Below, in pieces: positions 48,892 to 62,529 of a DNA stretch of 64,000 nt (positions are counted from its first letter, which is position 1; every line of letters starts with the position of its first letter). The stretch is taken from positions 310,001-374,000 of the forward strand of contig NW_027590120.1 of assembly GCF_964213995.1 (NCBI RefSeq), written 5' to 3'. The notes under the pieces were generated by a model. The model did no database searches and had not been told where the DNA came from. It worked only from the letters and a program-made list of their open reading frames with translations. The DNA is from Mustelus asterias (lineage: Eukaryota). The translations under genes and the position numbers were made by a program.

Positions 48892-51024
48892 TGTGAGGTA
48901 AATGGCCTCTGCCTGGGAAATCACTGAATTCTCAGATTACTGAAGGATCTTGTTGGAGGATTGTGCTGCTGTATTTTTCTTATTCCTACTATTCTTATTT
49001 TAATATATTTTAATGCAGACGAATCTATTCCCATAACTGATATCAATCTCGGAAACAAATACAGACAAACTCATAGACACACAAATACTCAGAAAAATGC
49101 AGACACATACAGAGGATTCCAAGAATAAATTAGATATAGCTCTTGGGGCTAAAGGTGTGGGAAGAAGGGGGATCAGAATATTGAATTCGATGATCAGCCA
49201 TGATCAAAATGAATGGCGGAGCAGGCTCGAAGGGCCGAATGGCTTCCTCCTGCTTCTAGTTTCTATCTTTCTATAATCTCACACAAACACACACACAGCA
49301 CACACAGATACACACTCATACATACACACGCTCAGACACACACACTATCTCAGACACTCTCACAAACACAGAGACAGACTGAGACCATGAAGGGTTGATG
49401 TCAGTCTCACTCCAAATAATCTGCTGGGCAAATTAAAACAACAGAAGCAAATCTGAAATTCAGTGTGTGAGTTTTATTGTGAAATGAGATAATGTATAAA
49501 GATATCCCCATAGCTCAGGGTGGGAGTGGAATTGATGATTTGTCTGCTGTCTGAACAAATATTAAATTGTAGAGATTATAAAGTTTGAATTGTAATATCT
49601 AATGGTGTGAAGTATCTGGGAGCAGAGTGGGTGTGGTAAAGGCTGGAATACAAACTGGGGGAATGAGGGTGAAACTGCGGTGCACAGTGAATGGTTCTTG
49701 TTGTAGGGAGGGATGGGAGGAGGGATAGAGAGAGGAATGGGGGGGGGGATGACCTTCCAGAATGTCTTTCCCAGCCTTGAGATCCAGGGAAGTTTTCAGC
49801 ATTAAAACAGAAAATGCTGACAATAAGAATCCACACTTTTCCAAGTACCAGTTGATTGTGCCCCAGATTATTGGTTTCATTTTTCTCCACCGCTGATGTT
49901 AAGATGATTGTTCTGTAATTTTTTGAACAGGGATGTAACATTTCCAATCTCTCAGCCTTTTGGCACCACAACTCTATGAGAAGGATTGGAAGATTGTGGC
50001 CAGAGCCTCCACAAGCTCCATGTGAAGGACAGTGTGTGTCAGAGTGCAGCAGTCCCTCAGTGTCAGACTGCAGTGTCAGCCTAGATAATGTGCTCAGCTT
50101 GATGAGTATTTCCTGTTGTTATTGATGTGGATCATTCAGAAACAATGGACTCTGATGATGTCATCCAGTCCTGCTGCGATGATGTCATAGAGACTATTAC
50201 ATCACAGTGGAGCCTTTGTGGTGAAAACAGTTTTGTTCCAGACGGCAGCAAGTCCATTACTGATAGATCTGGAAATAGAATTACTGGGTCACAGAGCACA
50301 ATATTAGGATGGATGGTCAAAACCTTGTTTGGAGAGACAGACCTTAACAAACACCTTTAATCTGGACAGTTAGGGAGGGAGTTTCAGAATCTCATATCCA
50401 GGCCTTGTTCCATTCACTCAAAATATTTTACAGAAATTGATAAGTTATAATGATCAGGAAGGTTTGAAAAGCATTAATCTCTTCTCTTTGGAACAATGTT
50501 GACCCCATTTTCTGTCTCAATCTGATTCTCTTTGTCTCAGTTTACGAACTTCCATCCCATTCACTCTCACTGTCTCTTTCCCCATTTACTTTGCTCCCTC
50601 TATTCACTTGTTCTCTGTCTGTAATAATCACAATGACTGCCGGTGATTCTCTGACTACAATCAGAAAAGAAATTAATCCGAAGTGTGCAGTCCCACCCAG
50701 CTGGACAACAATGGAGAGGCACTGGAGGAAGATGGTTTGGTCAATGGTGTCAATAACTGCAGACTGGCTGAGAAGGACAGTGACAGATAACTTACCTCAG
50801 TCATATTCACACAGTAATTTGAGACTTTGGTAAGAGCTGGTTTAATACTGTGGAAAGACAAATGTAATCGGAGGGATTCACACAGGGAATTTCAGGACAT
50901 ATGGGCAGAGATTTGGGAGACGACAGGGATTTTGGAAGTTGTAATGAGAGATGGGCAGGAGGGGAACAAAGACACCGGGGTCAAGGGTGGGCTCGTGGGA
51001 GGAAGGGAAGCAACAGAGGCAGCT

Positions 51025-51410
51025 TTTTAAATTTCATTTGTGAGACATGGATGTTGTTGCATGGCCAGCATTTATTGCAAGTTGCCCTTGAGAAGGTGGT
51101 GGTGAGCTGCCTTATGAGTGGCTTGCTCGGCCATTTTAGAGACAACCACACTGCTGTGGCTCTGGAGTCCCATGTAGGCCAGACCAGGCAAGGACGACAG
51201 ATTTCCTTCCCGAAAGGACATCATTAAACCAGATGGGTTTTTACGACAATTGTTTCACGGTCATCAGTAAATTCTTAATTCCAGATATTTTTTATTGAAT
51301 TCAGATTTCACCATCTGCTGTGGCGGGATTGAAACCTGGTACCCAGAACATTAGCTGAGTTTTTGGGTTAACTGTCTAGTGTTAATACCACTAGGCCATC
51401 ACCTCCCCTC
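51025..51410 (-). mobile_element. SacSINE1/DeuSINE-like SINE
   Basis: Same core as 6640-7040. Confidence 0.6.
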
Positions 51411-51691
51411 AACCTTAGTGACAAAGAAGCTCCATGCGCTCCTCACACTTGTTGTTGGAGGTGAGGATGGAGAAGACAGGGGAGAGGGAGAGCCCTTCAA
51501 AAGGATCCAAATGGAGTTAGAGACATTAAATGGATGCAACACAGTGTGTTCAATATAAAAATAGTAATGTAAAACTGATTTATTTGACCTTTATCCACAA
51601 CATTAGCCCAAACAACTGGTTGGAATTTATTGACATCATCCAACAGACCCCAACGAACATCATCCTGGATGTCACTGACAGCAAAATCCAA

Positions 51692-52750
51692 TCATTGTCG
51701 TTGTTTGTGAGCTTGTTGGTGTCTCATCAGTACAGAAAAATAAGCAAATCCCTTCCCACATTCAGCACATGTGAATGGCCTCTCCCCTGTGTGAACTCGC
51801 TGGTGTGTCAGTAGGTTCGATGACTGAGTGAATCCCTTCCCACACACAGAGCAGGTGAACGGTCTCTCCCCAGTGTGAACGTGCTGGTGCATCAGAAGTT
51901 TGGATGAGGAAGGGAATCCCTTCCCACACTCAGAGCAGATGAATGGTCTCCCCCCAGTTTGAACACACCGGTGTGTCAGAAGGACGGATGACTGAGTAAA
52001 TCCCTTTCCACAGTCAGGGCAGGTGAACAGCCTCTCCCCAGTGTGAATTTGCTGGTGCACAGTCAGGTGAGACGATCGCTTGAATGCAGACCCACAGTGA
52101 GAGCATCTGAACGGTCTCTCATCAGTGTGAACAGGTTGATGCTGCATCAAGTCCTGGGAACTTTTAAAGTGTTTTCCACAGTCTGTACATGTAAAAGGTC
52201 TCTCATCAGTGTGAACTCGCTGGTGTGTCTGCAGTTTGCATTGCTGAGTAAATCCTTTCCCACACAAGGAACAGGTGAATGGCCTCTCATTGCTGTCAAC
52301 ATGTTGATGGCGCATCAGTTCCCCAGAACATTTGTAACACTTCCCACAGTCTGAGCATTTAAATGGTCTCTCCTCAGTGTGAACTCGCTGGTGATTCAAC
52401 AGGGTGGATGACTGAATGAATCCCTTCCCACACACAGGACAGGTGAACGGCCTTTCCCCAGTGTGAAGTCGCTGATGTATCAGAAGGTAGGATTGACGAG
52501 TGAATCCCTTCCCACATTCGAAGCAGGTGAACGGTTTCTCCCCAGTGTGACTGAGCCAATGACTTTCCAGGCCAGACGGGGATTTGAATCCCTTCCCACA
52601 ATCCCTGCATTTCCACGGTTTCTTCCTGGATTGACTGCATTTGTGTTTCAACAGGTCAGATGATTGGCTGAAGCCTCGTCCACACAGAGAGCACGTGTAT
52701 GGTTTCTCTCCATTGTAAATGGTGCTTGTTCCTTCCATGTTCAAAATCAA
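51692..52750 (-). CDS. C2H2 zinc-finger protein, ~350 aa (~12 finger units, ~3 degenerate)
   Basis: Tandem fingers with TGE(K/R)PF linkers; paralog of 38693-39562, including similar flanks. Confidence 0.88.
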   Translation of the reverse strand: MILNMEGTSTIYNGEKPYTCSLCGRGFSQSSDLLKHKCSQSRKKPWKCRDCGKGFKSPSGLESHWLSHTGEKPFTCFECGKGFTRQSYLLIHQRLHTGERPFTCPVCGKGFIQSSTLLNHQRVHTEERPFKCSDCGKCYKCSGELMRHQHVDSNERPFTCSLCGKGFTQQCKLQTHQRVHTDERPFTCTDCGKHFKSSQDLMQHQPVHTDERPFRCSHCGSAFKRSSHLTVHQQIHTGERLFTCPDCGKGFTQSSVLLTHRCVQTGGRPFICSECGKGFPSSSKLLMHQHVHTGERPFTCSVCGKGFTQSSNLLTHQRVHTGERPFTCAECGKGFAYFSVLMRHQQAHKQRQ

Positions 52751-53139
52751 ATGATATTCAAGTTACGATAAATTGGAAAACTCCACCAGATTGTGATGTG
52801 ATGTTTCGTTTCAGTTTCCCGACTGCAAATCCTCCTCTTCTAAAATGCTGTGTAACTGTTTCAAAACAGAAAAAAATGGAGTGAGAGAGAACCCACAAAA
52901 ACACAAAGGCAGTTTGTGAAATTGAGCTGAATGAATCTGGTCATTTGCGGGGCCGGCTCCAGGGAAAAGTGACCATTAAAACTGGTGGATTCTCATAAAA
53001 ACCCAACTGGTTCACTAATGTCCTTCGGGAAGGAAACCTGCCACCCAGTCTGAGTCGACACAGATTCTGTCCACAAATTTCTAAACTGTCCCTGAACACC
53101 AAGGTCTGGGTCATTTGTATACATTAGGAAGAGCTGGGT

Positions 53140-56100
53140 GTTAACACCAGCTCCTGAGGAACTCCCAAACATCCATTAACCAGTATTTTGTGTGTTTCCT
53201 GTCCCCCAGACAATTTTGTGTCAATGCTGCTGCTGTCCCTTTTATTCCACGAGTCATACCTGTGCTCCGATGTCTGCTGTGCGGCAATTTATCTGATGCT
53301 TTTTGGAAGTCCATGTTCACCACATTAACAGCATTATCCTCAACAACGGGATCTGTGACCTCATCAAAATATTTCAGCAGGTTCGATAAACACCATTTCC
53401 TCTGAACACTGTCCTTCTTAACCCACATTTACTCAGGTGACTAGTAAATATGTCCTGAATTATTGTTTCAGGAATCTTCCCTATCACTAGCATTGAACTG
53501 ACTGACCTGTAGTTTCTGGGATTATCTTTTGAGCAGTTATTGACTAATCCACCTAACCTGCACATCTTTGGACCACGGGAAGAAATCCATGCAGACACGG
53601 AGAACGTGCAAACTCCACACAGACAATCGCCCGCGGCTGGAATCGAACCCTGGTCTTTGGCGCTCTGTGGCAGCAGTGCTAACCACTGTGCAGCCCCAAA
53701 ACGTTTTCCATGTTCCAATTTCCAATTGCTGTATCCTGTAAATAGAGTTTCCAAAAAGATCATCACTGTTAAACCAGGACATAAATTCAGAAGAGACAAA
53801 CCGTTCCTTGATTTGAATATTCTGTGTGTAAATCCCCCACTTCTAACCAAATAAAAGCAAATTACTGCGTCTGTTTGAATGAGGAACCAAAAGAGAAAAT
53901 GCTGGAAAATCTCAGCAGGTCTGGCAGCATCCCTAAGGAGAGATGCAGATGGTCTGTTAGCCTTTATTCCCCAGGGATGCAGTTTCCGAGTGAGGAAATC
54001 TTTCTGAAATTGTATCGAGTTTTGGTGAAACCACATGTGGAACACTGCAGAGTTTGGGTCTCCTTACCCAGAGAATTGCCCCAGAGGACGAGTAACAAAC
54101 GTTCACCAGACTGCTTCCTGGGATGACAGGACTGTGCAATGAGGAGAGATTGAGCAGAACTGGTCTTTACTCTCTGACCTGATCGTAACCTCAAATCTTC
54201 ATCCTGCTGACCTCCAATAACCTTTCACCTCCTTTCTTACCAAGAATCTATCCACCTTTGCTTAAAATATTCAAACACTCTTCTTCCACCACCTTTTCAG
54301 GGAGAGAGTTCCAAAGACTCACGACACTTGGAGAAAAATTCTCCTCATCTCTACTTTAAATGGGTGACGCTTTATTTTTTAAAACGGTGACCCCTAGTTC
54401 TGGATTATCCCACAAGAGGAAACATCCTCTCTACCTCCATCCTGTCAAGGCCTTGCAGGAACAAGTCGCCATTTACTCTTCTGAACTCCAGCGGATACAC
54501 TCCTAGCCTGTCCAACCTTGCCTCGTAACACAACCCATCAATTTCAGGCATTGTAAGAAGTCTCACAACACCAGGTTAAAGTCCAATTGGTTTATTTGGA
54601 ATCACGAGCTTTCGGAGCGCTGCTCCTTCGTCAGGTGCGGAAGGATTCCAAATTCCAAATAAACCTGTTGGTCTTTAACCTGGTGTTGTGAGACTTCTTA
54701 CTGTGCCCACCCCAGTCCAACGCCGGCATCACCGCATTATTTCAGGTATTGGTCTGGTAAACTTCTCTGAACTGTCTCCAGCACACTTACACCCTTCTTT
54801 AAACAAGGTGACCAATACTGTACATAGTACTCCAGACGTGGTCTCACTAGTGACCTGTACAACTGAAGCATAACCTCCCTAGTTCTGTATTTAATTCCCT
54901 TCACAATGAATGATAACATTCTATTAGTGTTCCTAATTACTGATTTACTTGCATATTAGCCTTTTGTGATTTATGTACTAGAACACCCAGATCCCTCTGA
55001 ATCTCTGAGCTCTGCAATCTCTCACCGTTTAGACAAAATGCTTCTTTTTCATTCTTCCTGCCGAAATGGACAATTTCACATTTGCCCACATTCTACTCCA
55101 TTTACCAGATATTTTCCCACTCACTTAACCTTTCTGTCTTTTTGAACCCTCCGTATGTCCTCGTCACAACTTACTTTCCCACCTATCTTTGTGTCATCGG
55201 CAAATTTGCCAACCAGCCCTTCATCCAGTCATTTCTATAAATCTTTGATTCCTTGCCCCAAATTTGTTTCCCTGTCTACTATTTAGTTTTAAAATGCTTT
55301 CCCCAGTACTGGTGTCAGTGCCCCATGAACCAGAACCCACCTCCCACACCAATCTTTGAGTCACTCATTCATCTCTCTGATCTGATTTGTCCTAAGACAA
55401 TTAGTAAGTAGTTAAGGTAATTATCCAGATTATGAACTTTGAGATCCTGCTTCTTAATTTGGTACCTAGGTCCTCATACTAGCCATGTAAAACCTCCTTC
55501 TTTGTCCTGCCTGTGTCATTGGTACCTACATGGACCACAATGACTGGGTCCTCCCCCGTGCAGCTGTTTTTGAGCTGCAGATCCGACACAATACTGTAAG
55601 TTCCTCTTCAGACCTGAGCAGATGTCCTGAACCCTGGCACAAGGCAACACAGCGATCTGGACTCATGCTCTTTGCTGCAGAGAACAGTGTGAATCCCTCT
55701 GATTACACCATCCCATACTACCCCTACATTCCCTTTTTCTCCTCCAACTTGAATGGCTTCCTGTACCACGGTGCCAAGGTCAGTTTGCTCATCCACCCTG
55801 CAGCATAAACAAGCTGAAAAAACTGCAATCCGGTTGGACAATTGTGAAGGCTGAGGCTCCTACCACCTGAATCCCCTTACCTGCCTCACTCACAGTCATC
55901 CTCCTGTCCCTGATCACTGACCAAATCAGCAGGTCCTGTCCTAAGAGGTGTGACTGCTTCCTGGTGTAAAGAATCCAGGTAATGTTCCCCCTCCCTGATG
56001 CATCGCAGTGTCTGTAGTTCAGCCTCCAGCTCATAAACTCTAACCGGAGCTGCTTGAACTTCAAACACTTACTGCAGATGTGTTTGCCCTCGATCAAACT

Positions 56101-56160
56101 GACACCCAGGAGCTCCCACACGCTGCAGCTGTGACACATCACCTGTCCTCCCATCTTTAA
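53140..56160 (-). mobile_element. Cluster of decayed CR1 pieces (RT fragments 53140-53535 and 54736-55235, ORF1 55480-56155) with nested SINE and Penelope-type repeats
   Basis: MDFQKASDKLPH; LQLYRSLVRPRLEYYVQYWSP; CHSCSVWE..HICSKC..ELEAELQTLR. Confidence 0.75.
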
Positions 56161-56507
56161 TGTGTGCGAAAAAAGTATTTAATTATTTTATCCAATGATG
56201 TATTTTACTTTTGATTTTATATATTTTATTAACCTTACCAGCAGTTGCTATACGATTTTGATCCTTAGACATCGAATAAACTTTAGTCACTTTGCAGATA
56301 CTCAGCAAATAGCTCGCCGCTCTTTCTCCTGTAGAAGAGGAAGATCACTTCCCAAAGGCTGAGAATATTAGAAAGCAAAAGGGTACCTCGTTCCCTTCCT
56401 TCCCTAAGTCCCTTAATCACCCAACTCTTAGCACACTGTTCTAAGCTGCATTCAAGTGATGCCAGTTCAGAGCTGTTTCTGAGCTGCAGATTCAATACAA
56501 TACTCAC

Positions 56508-57694
56508 TTGCAGACATGGACATCAAGGCCTGTATGGGTCTCCAGGCCATCATGCACACCATCATGATAGGGAGGATGGAGATGGTGTTGCCAGCCATGT
56601 ACATGATGAACAGATTCATGGGCAGCTGTTTCAATGGGCCCAAGGTGATGAAAACAGAAAGTGAGCAGGGTATCAGTAAAGGGGGCCGGTTTGGGGAGGC
56701 CATATGCTGATCTTATACACAGGTCTGGAAGTAACAATTAACTCAATAAGTCCCTTTATCAAACAGGCTGCTGTGGTTCACCAAGGCACTTCACCACTGT
56801 GGACAAACCAGGGGCGTTGTCAGCCACACACTAAAGACACATTCAAATCTAACTTACCTTCTCAACTCGGATCCGGTCTGTTTCTTGGACGCGGATGTCC
56901 GGTAGCTGTTTGTCCGAATATGCGACTGGGTACATGGAGTCTCTCTGGCCACACTGTTGATCACGGCTCCTGTGAGAAACAGAAAACACAAATTGGTCAC
57001 CCTTTCAAGACCTTGTTTAAAGAGGGAGTCTCTCTGTTGAGGACCCCAACGTGGTGACAATAGTGCCAGCATGAACTAAAGCTTGGGCAAACCTCAGACA
57101 CACACTGCCGTTGCGTGTACCAAACTGCCAGGGGAATGGAGGGCTGCAGAAGTGGATTAGTGTCAATCAGGGTGCCAATCCACTTGCCCTCCATTGAGGG
57201 ACAAAGCGACAAATCACCACATGTACCAAATTGTATCTTGAAAACAAACACTGCGGGACATTGAGAGAGATCCAGTTCAGCACCCGGCCCTGGAAACGAG
57301 CAATCGTTCCTCCAACCACCACCGCAGTTGGCACCTGATCAGGTGGAGGGGCTGAAACCAAAAGGGCATCTCAGGGTCATGACCTGGGGAAAAGATGCCA
57401 AGTGGGGTCTGAGTGGTTTCTGGGGGATTTGAGGGGCTGCTTTGTGCTGAGGGGCTCGGTGAGGAGTAAAAGACGCGTGAAAAACCCGGGGTTGGGAAGT
57501 TTTGGGTTGGTTCCACATCCCCGGGTCAGTGTGCGGTGGCGTCCCCTCGGGAGAGGCGGGCTGACCCGGCTTGCCGCTTACTTGAGCCCCCGGCTCCCCG
57601 CGCGGCCTCCGCAGCTGCTGCTGCCGCTCAGGTTAAACTCGAGGGTCCACTTGTGCCAGCGCGCGCGGTTGACAAGCCCCGCCCCTGCAGCCAT
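56508..57694 (-). pseudogene. EMC4: ER membrane protein complex subunit 4, exons 1-3 only (57582-57694, 56858-56969, 56508-56649), probably a partial non-functional copy
   Basis: [93 protein letters not shown]. Exon 3 lacks its AG acceptor and the RCWD codons; later exons were not seen. Confidence 0.82.
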
Positions 57695-57930
57695 GGCAAC
57701 GCCGGCGACAGTTAACCGCTTTCAAATCTGATTCCGATCCGAAGAAGAAGCCGCGCGCTTCCGTCAACAAACCACAACCGCAGCAATGCGCATGTGCGGT
57801 CCCAACCTCCTCAGCCCATTGCCCCGCCCCCACATCGCAGCCATCTTTGTTAGGGGCACATCGGCTCCGACACTTCACCTTGTCAAACGGAGCACGTCTG
57901 CCCCGCACAAAGATGGACGTCACTTAACCT
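57695..57930 (-). promoter_or_regulatory. CpG-rich housekeeping promoter of the EMC4 copy
   Basis: High CpG, NRF1-like tgcgcatgtgcg (~57787), YY1-like gccatctt (~57840), ETS-like cttccg, GC box. Confidence 0.65.
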
Positions 57931-58619
57931 CAGAGGTATTTACATCGCTTTTTTCGCCTCAAAAAACGTGTAACACAGTATAAAACGTCAATAAAACCTA
58001 AAGGACCTTGCCTCCTCAATCAGCAATCAAAATCATAAATATCTATTGTAATGGGTTTCTCCACAGATGCTGCCAGTCCAGCATTTTCAGTTTAAATTTC
58101 ACAATTCCAACATCCGCAGTATTTTAATTTTATTTCCTTTCTATTCTGCCTCTAATGTAACTGGATATCATGAGTAAAGCTGCCACCAGGCTGATCCTTC
58201 AGTGTGGCACAGTCGTTAGCATTGCTGCCTCACAGCGTCAAGAACCTGGGTTTGATTCCCATCCTTGGATCATTGTCTGTGCAGAGTTTGCACGTTCTAT
58301 GTGGGTTTCTTCTGGGTGCTCCAGTTTCCTCCCATACGCCATCCTTTTCTTCACATGAGAATCCAGTATTTTGTCCTGAATGAATTTTGAGGCCCAAGTC
58401 AGAGCGAATAAGTAAAAGCAAAAAACTGTGGATGCTGGAATCTGAAACAAAAACAGGAAATGCTGGAAAATCCCAGCAGGTGTGACAGCATCTGTGGAGA
58501 GAGAATAGAGCCAAGAGAGCCAGCGAATAAATAACCCTATAAGATACCAGATTCACATAGAATTCAGCAAGAAATTCTGCAAACGTCCTTCAAACTGAAC
58601 AGGAAACATTGCCATTCAA

Positions 58620-58691
58620 GTTTTAGCCTGGTTTCGGAACGGGGACCTTTCACATGCGAGGTAAACGTGATAACCACTACACTGCAGAAGC
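58620..58691 (-). pseudogene. tRNA-Val-derived pseudogene
   Basis: gcttctgcagtgtagtggttatcacgtttacctcgcatgtgaaaggtccccgttccgaaaccaggctaaaac matches tRNA-Val(CAC) with a mutated anticodon (CGC), T loop and acceptor stem. Confidence 0.8.
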
Positions 58692-58903
58692 TGTTGACAG
58701 CACAGGGCAGCCAATCGGCCTGTCGGCAATGTTCAACTCTGCTATGTTACTGCAGGTTCCAATAGTTAGACTGAGAGCCCATGCCACTTAATACAAGAAG
58801 ACAACTTTTACTTTCAACCTGATGTCTCAACTTATATTGAACTTCAAAATTTAAAAGTGTCCGTCTGGCAAATGTCTAAAGGAGCAATTATTTCTGCTCA
58901 ATT

Positions 58904-59182
58904 ATAGAATCCCTAAAGTGCAGAAAGAGGCCAGTCAGTCCATCGAGTCTGCACCGACAACAATCCCAACCAGATCCTATCCGCATAACCCTATATATTT
59001 GCACTGCTAATCCCATGACACCAAGGGGCAATTCAGCATGGCCAATCCACCTAACCTGCACATTTGAGGAAACGTACACAGAGACGGGGACAATATGCAG
59101 ATGCCACACAGATTTCCTTCCCAAGGCTGGAATCGAACCTGGGTCCCTGACACCATGAAGCAGCAGTGCTAACCACTGTGCC
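58904..59182 (-). mobile_element. HE1/V-SINE
   Basis: Same family motifs. Confidence 0.8.
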
Positions 59183-59501
59183 AAATTCATCATTCTCAGT
59201 CTATATTACTCGGTATTTGTTTCATTATTCAACATTTAATATCAATACATTTATTTAACATAGATGTCATCATTCTGAATTGCATATCTCTGAACTATAT
59301 CACATTGAATTGCAAATGTGACTGACCAACAATACAGATCGAGTCACTGGGTAACACACATCCCATGGTGCTTATTTGAGATTGAGTCAGTCTTTAAACA
59401 AAATCAAATATCTTTAATGGGAAGAGATTTAGAAATGATCAGTTAGTTATACTTGATCCTTCTTTATTCTGGGTGTGAAACATTCTGGCACTTAAATCCC
59501 A

Positions 59502-59827
59502 CGGGCGGCACGGTAGCACAGTGGTGAGCACTGCTGCTTCACAGCTCCAGGGTCCTGGGTTCGATTCCTGGCTCGGGTCACTGTCTGTGTGGAGTTTGCA
59601 CATTCTCCTCGTGTCTGTGTGGGTTTCCTCCGGGTGCTCCGGTTTCCTCCCACAGTCCAAAGATGTGTGGGTTAGGTTGATTGGCCAGGTTAAAAATTGC
59701 CCCTTGGAGTCCTGGGATGCGTAGGTTAGAGGGATTAGTGGGTAAATATGTGGGGGTAGGGCCTGGGTGGGATTGTGGCCGAATGGCCTCCTTCTGCACT
59801 GTAGGGTTTCTACGAATTCTATGAATT
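59502..59827 (+). mobile_element. HE1/V-SINE, near full length
   Basis: Same family motifs. Confidence 0.88.
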
Positions 59828-60994
59828 TATCTATAGGAGAGTCCAGCAGATCCGCACTGATTCTCAATTTCCTCATCTGCCAAGTGTTTTTTTCTATTTC
59901 TCTATTGTGAAGACCGATTTTTAAAAAAAGATTGTTTTGCGCAATGTGCGTCATTTCCTCTAGTTCAGTTACAGTATCACTTTAGTGTCTGTCTTTATGA
60001 GCACGCAATACTATTAGACATGTTTCAGGTGGTAATTAACTATGTTAGTCTACACCTACAAATTCTGTTGTGGACTGAACAAATTGCTAATATGTGCACG
60101 GTGTCAAAATGCAAACATTTATTTCCTTGTTGCGTTTTAAAATATCGCATTCCTGATTTTCCTGAAAGCATTTGTACCGAGGTCAGAGCAAAGATAATAG
60201 CTGGAATTTTACCATTGGCCTCGGGTGGGATTTTATGAGCCTCACCAGAGCGATGCTGTAAAATACTGGCCAATATGTCTGTAACATCGAGATTTGGATA
60301 ATGTTCAGCAAATAACTGAAATCATGCAGATTTCCCTCACCCTAAATGGTAAAGTTTCATTCATGTTTCTGCCCAGTTTTGAACCTTCGTGTGTTAGGCA
60401 AATGGGATAATCACAACATTACAAAAACTGCCAACAGCGCCAGGCCTACAATCGACCTGTCTGCAATGTTCAATTTTGCTCTGTTGCTGCTGGTTTTCAT
60501 GGCGAGACTAAGAGCCCATGTCACTTCAGATGTGACAGAGCTCTGATGAAGGGTCATCTCGACTTGAAACATTGGCTCTATTCTCTCCCCACAGATGCTG
60601 TCAGATCTGCTGAGGTTTTCCAGCATTTTCTGTTTTTGTTTCAGATTACAGCATCAACAATATTTTGCTTTTAAAATAAATGGAAATTGCTGAAATGGGT
60701 GAAGGTGGAGGGGAGAGTTCATGCTCGTGATTGTCAGAGATGGACCTTCACATTGTCCATCTCTGAGACTTCTCTTCCCCCTCCTTGACATTTCTGACTC
60801 CATTTCTGGTAGTCATGATGTGGAGATGCCGGCGTTGGACTGGCGTAGGTACAGTAAGAAGTCTCACAACACCAGGTTAAGGTCTGAGTGACTCACCTGA
60901 TGAAGGAGCAGTGCCCCGAAAGCTCATGATACCAAATAAACCTGTTGGACTTTAACCTGGTGTTCTGAGACTCTTTACTGTGTCAATTTCTGGT

Positions 60995-61930
60995 GATAAT
61001 ATCACTGGTATCTATTACAAGCACACCGACACCTACAACTACCTTGACTACAGTTCTTCACACCCCATATCCTGAAAGGACTCCATCTCATTCTCTCAGT
61101 TCCTTCACCTCCGCCACATCTGTCCTGATAATGCTATTTTCCAAAATAGTGTTGCCCATGTCTTTCTTTCGCCAATTGTGGTTTTTCACCTACTGTGGTT
61201 GACAGGGCACTTGACCATGACCGACCCATTCCCCAGCCACTGCTGTCACCCCCTCCTCTCCCTCCCAGAACCAGAATAGGCTTCCCCATGTCCTCACTTT
61301 TCACCCCACCAGCCTCCGCATTCAAAGGATCATCCTCTGCCATTTCTGCCAACTCCAGCATGGTGCCACTACGCATCACACCTTCCCCTCACCCCCCCCC
61401 CCCACCCCCCCACCCCCCCCCCCCCCCCCTCCCGCCACCTCCACCCTCCTCAGCAAGAACTCACAAGGACCGTTCTCTCTGGGACACCCTGGTCCATTCC
61501 TCCATCACACCCACCATCTCACCCCCTGTCCATGTAGCCTTCCCATGCAATGGTTGAAGGTGCAACACCTACCCTTTTACCTCCTCCCTGCTCACTGTCC
61601 CAGGTCCCAAACACCATTTCAGGTGAAGCAGCGTTTCAGACATCTCCTTCAATCTGGTCTATTGCATTCGCTGCTCCCAATGTGGTCGACTCCACACTGG
61701 AGAGACCAAATGCAGACTGGTTGTCTGTTTTGCTGAACACCATCCACAAGCAAAACCCAGACCTTCCTGTCAGTTCAACACACCACCCTACTCTCCTGTC
61801 CACATGTTGGTCCTTGCAATGTTCCAGTGAACCCCAATGCAAACTGGTGGAACAGCACCTCATCTTCCAATTGGACACTTTACAGCCTTCTGGACTCAAC
61901 ATTGAATTCAACATTCACAGCGTGAACTCT
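60995..61930 (+). mobile_element. Penelope-like retroelement remnant (RT C-terminus and GIY-YIG endonuclease)
   Basis: KDSISFSQFLHLRHIC.., NLVYCIRCSQCGRLHTGETK.., EQHLIFQLDTLQPSGLNIEF; frameshifted. Confidence 0.8.
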
Positions 61931-62529
61931 CCCCTCCACCTACACTCCATTTCCATTTATTTCATTTAATTCTGATTCTTCTTTTTGTCTTATTCATCCA
62001 TTTTATCATCCTTCTTTCTCACTTCCATATTTCCAGTTCTCCATTCTTGCTTTCTGCCTTGTCCACCCCACCCCCCATTCAGGGCAACTGTTTCTGCCTT
62101 GTCCACCCCCACCCCCCCCCCCCCCCCCCCACATTCAGGGCAACTGCCTTAAACATCTGTACCACTGTTCTGCCATTCACATATTCTGATCGCTTCATGG
62201 ACACTTTTAACACCTCTCTCAGCTCTCTTCATACATAAAAAGCAAATTATTGCGGATGCTGGAATCTGAAACCAAAAGAGAAAATGCTAGAAAATCTCAG
62301 CAGGTCTGGCAGCATCTGTGAGGAGAGAAAAGAGCTGACGTTTCGAGTCCAGATGACCCTTTGTCAAAGCTGGCAAGGTCTTCACCCTCATTCATCCTCT
62401 CTCCCCCCTGTCTGTTAGACATGCACACGCTCCACTTTCTGGTGAACACACACTGACTCTCTGCTTCAAGCTTTACTCTTTGTACCAATTCACACTCTGA
62501 CTCCTTTTACAATTACTCATTGTTCCCAA

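Noticed and set aside
49580-50830. Possible decayed exons or a TCR constant exon
   Set aside because: No C1-set Cys/Trp pattern and stops in candidate frames; BLASTX would be needed.
58620-58691. Functional tRNA with CGC (Ala) anticodon
   Set aside because: The body is tRNA-Val with a broken acceptor stem and T loop, so it is treated as a pseudogene.
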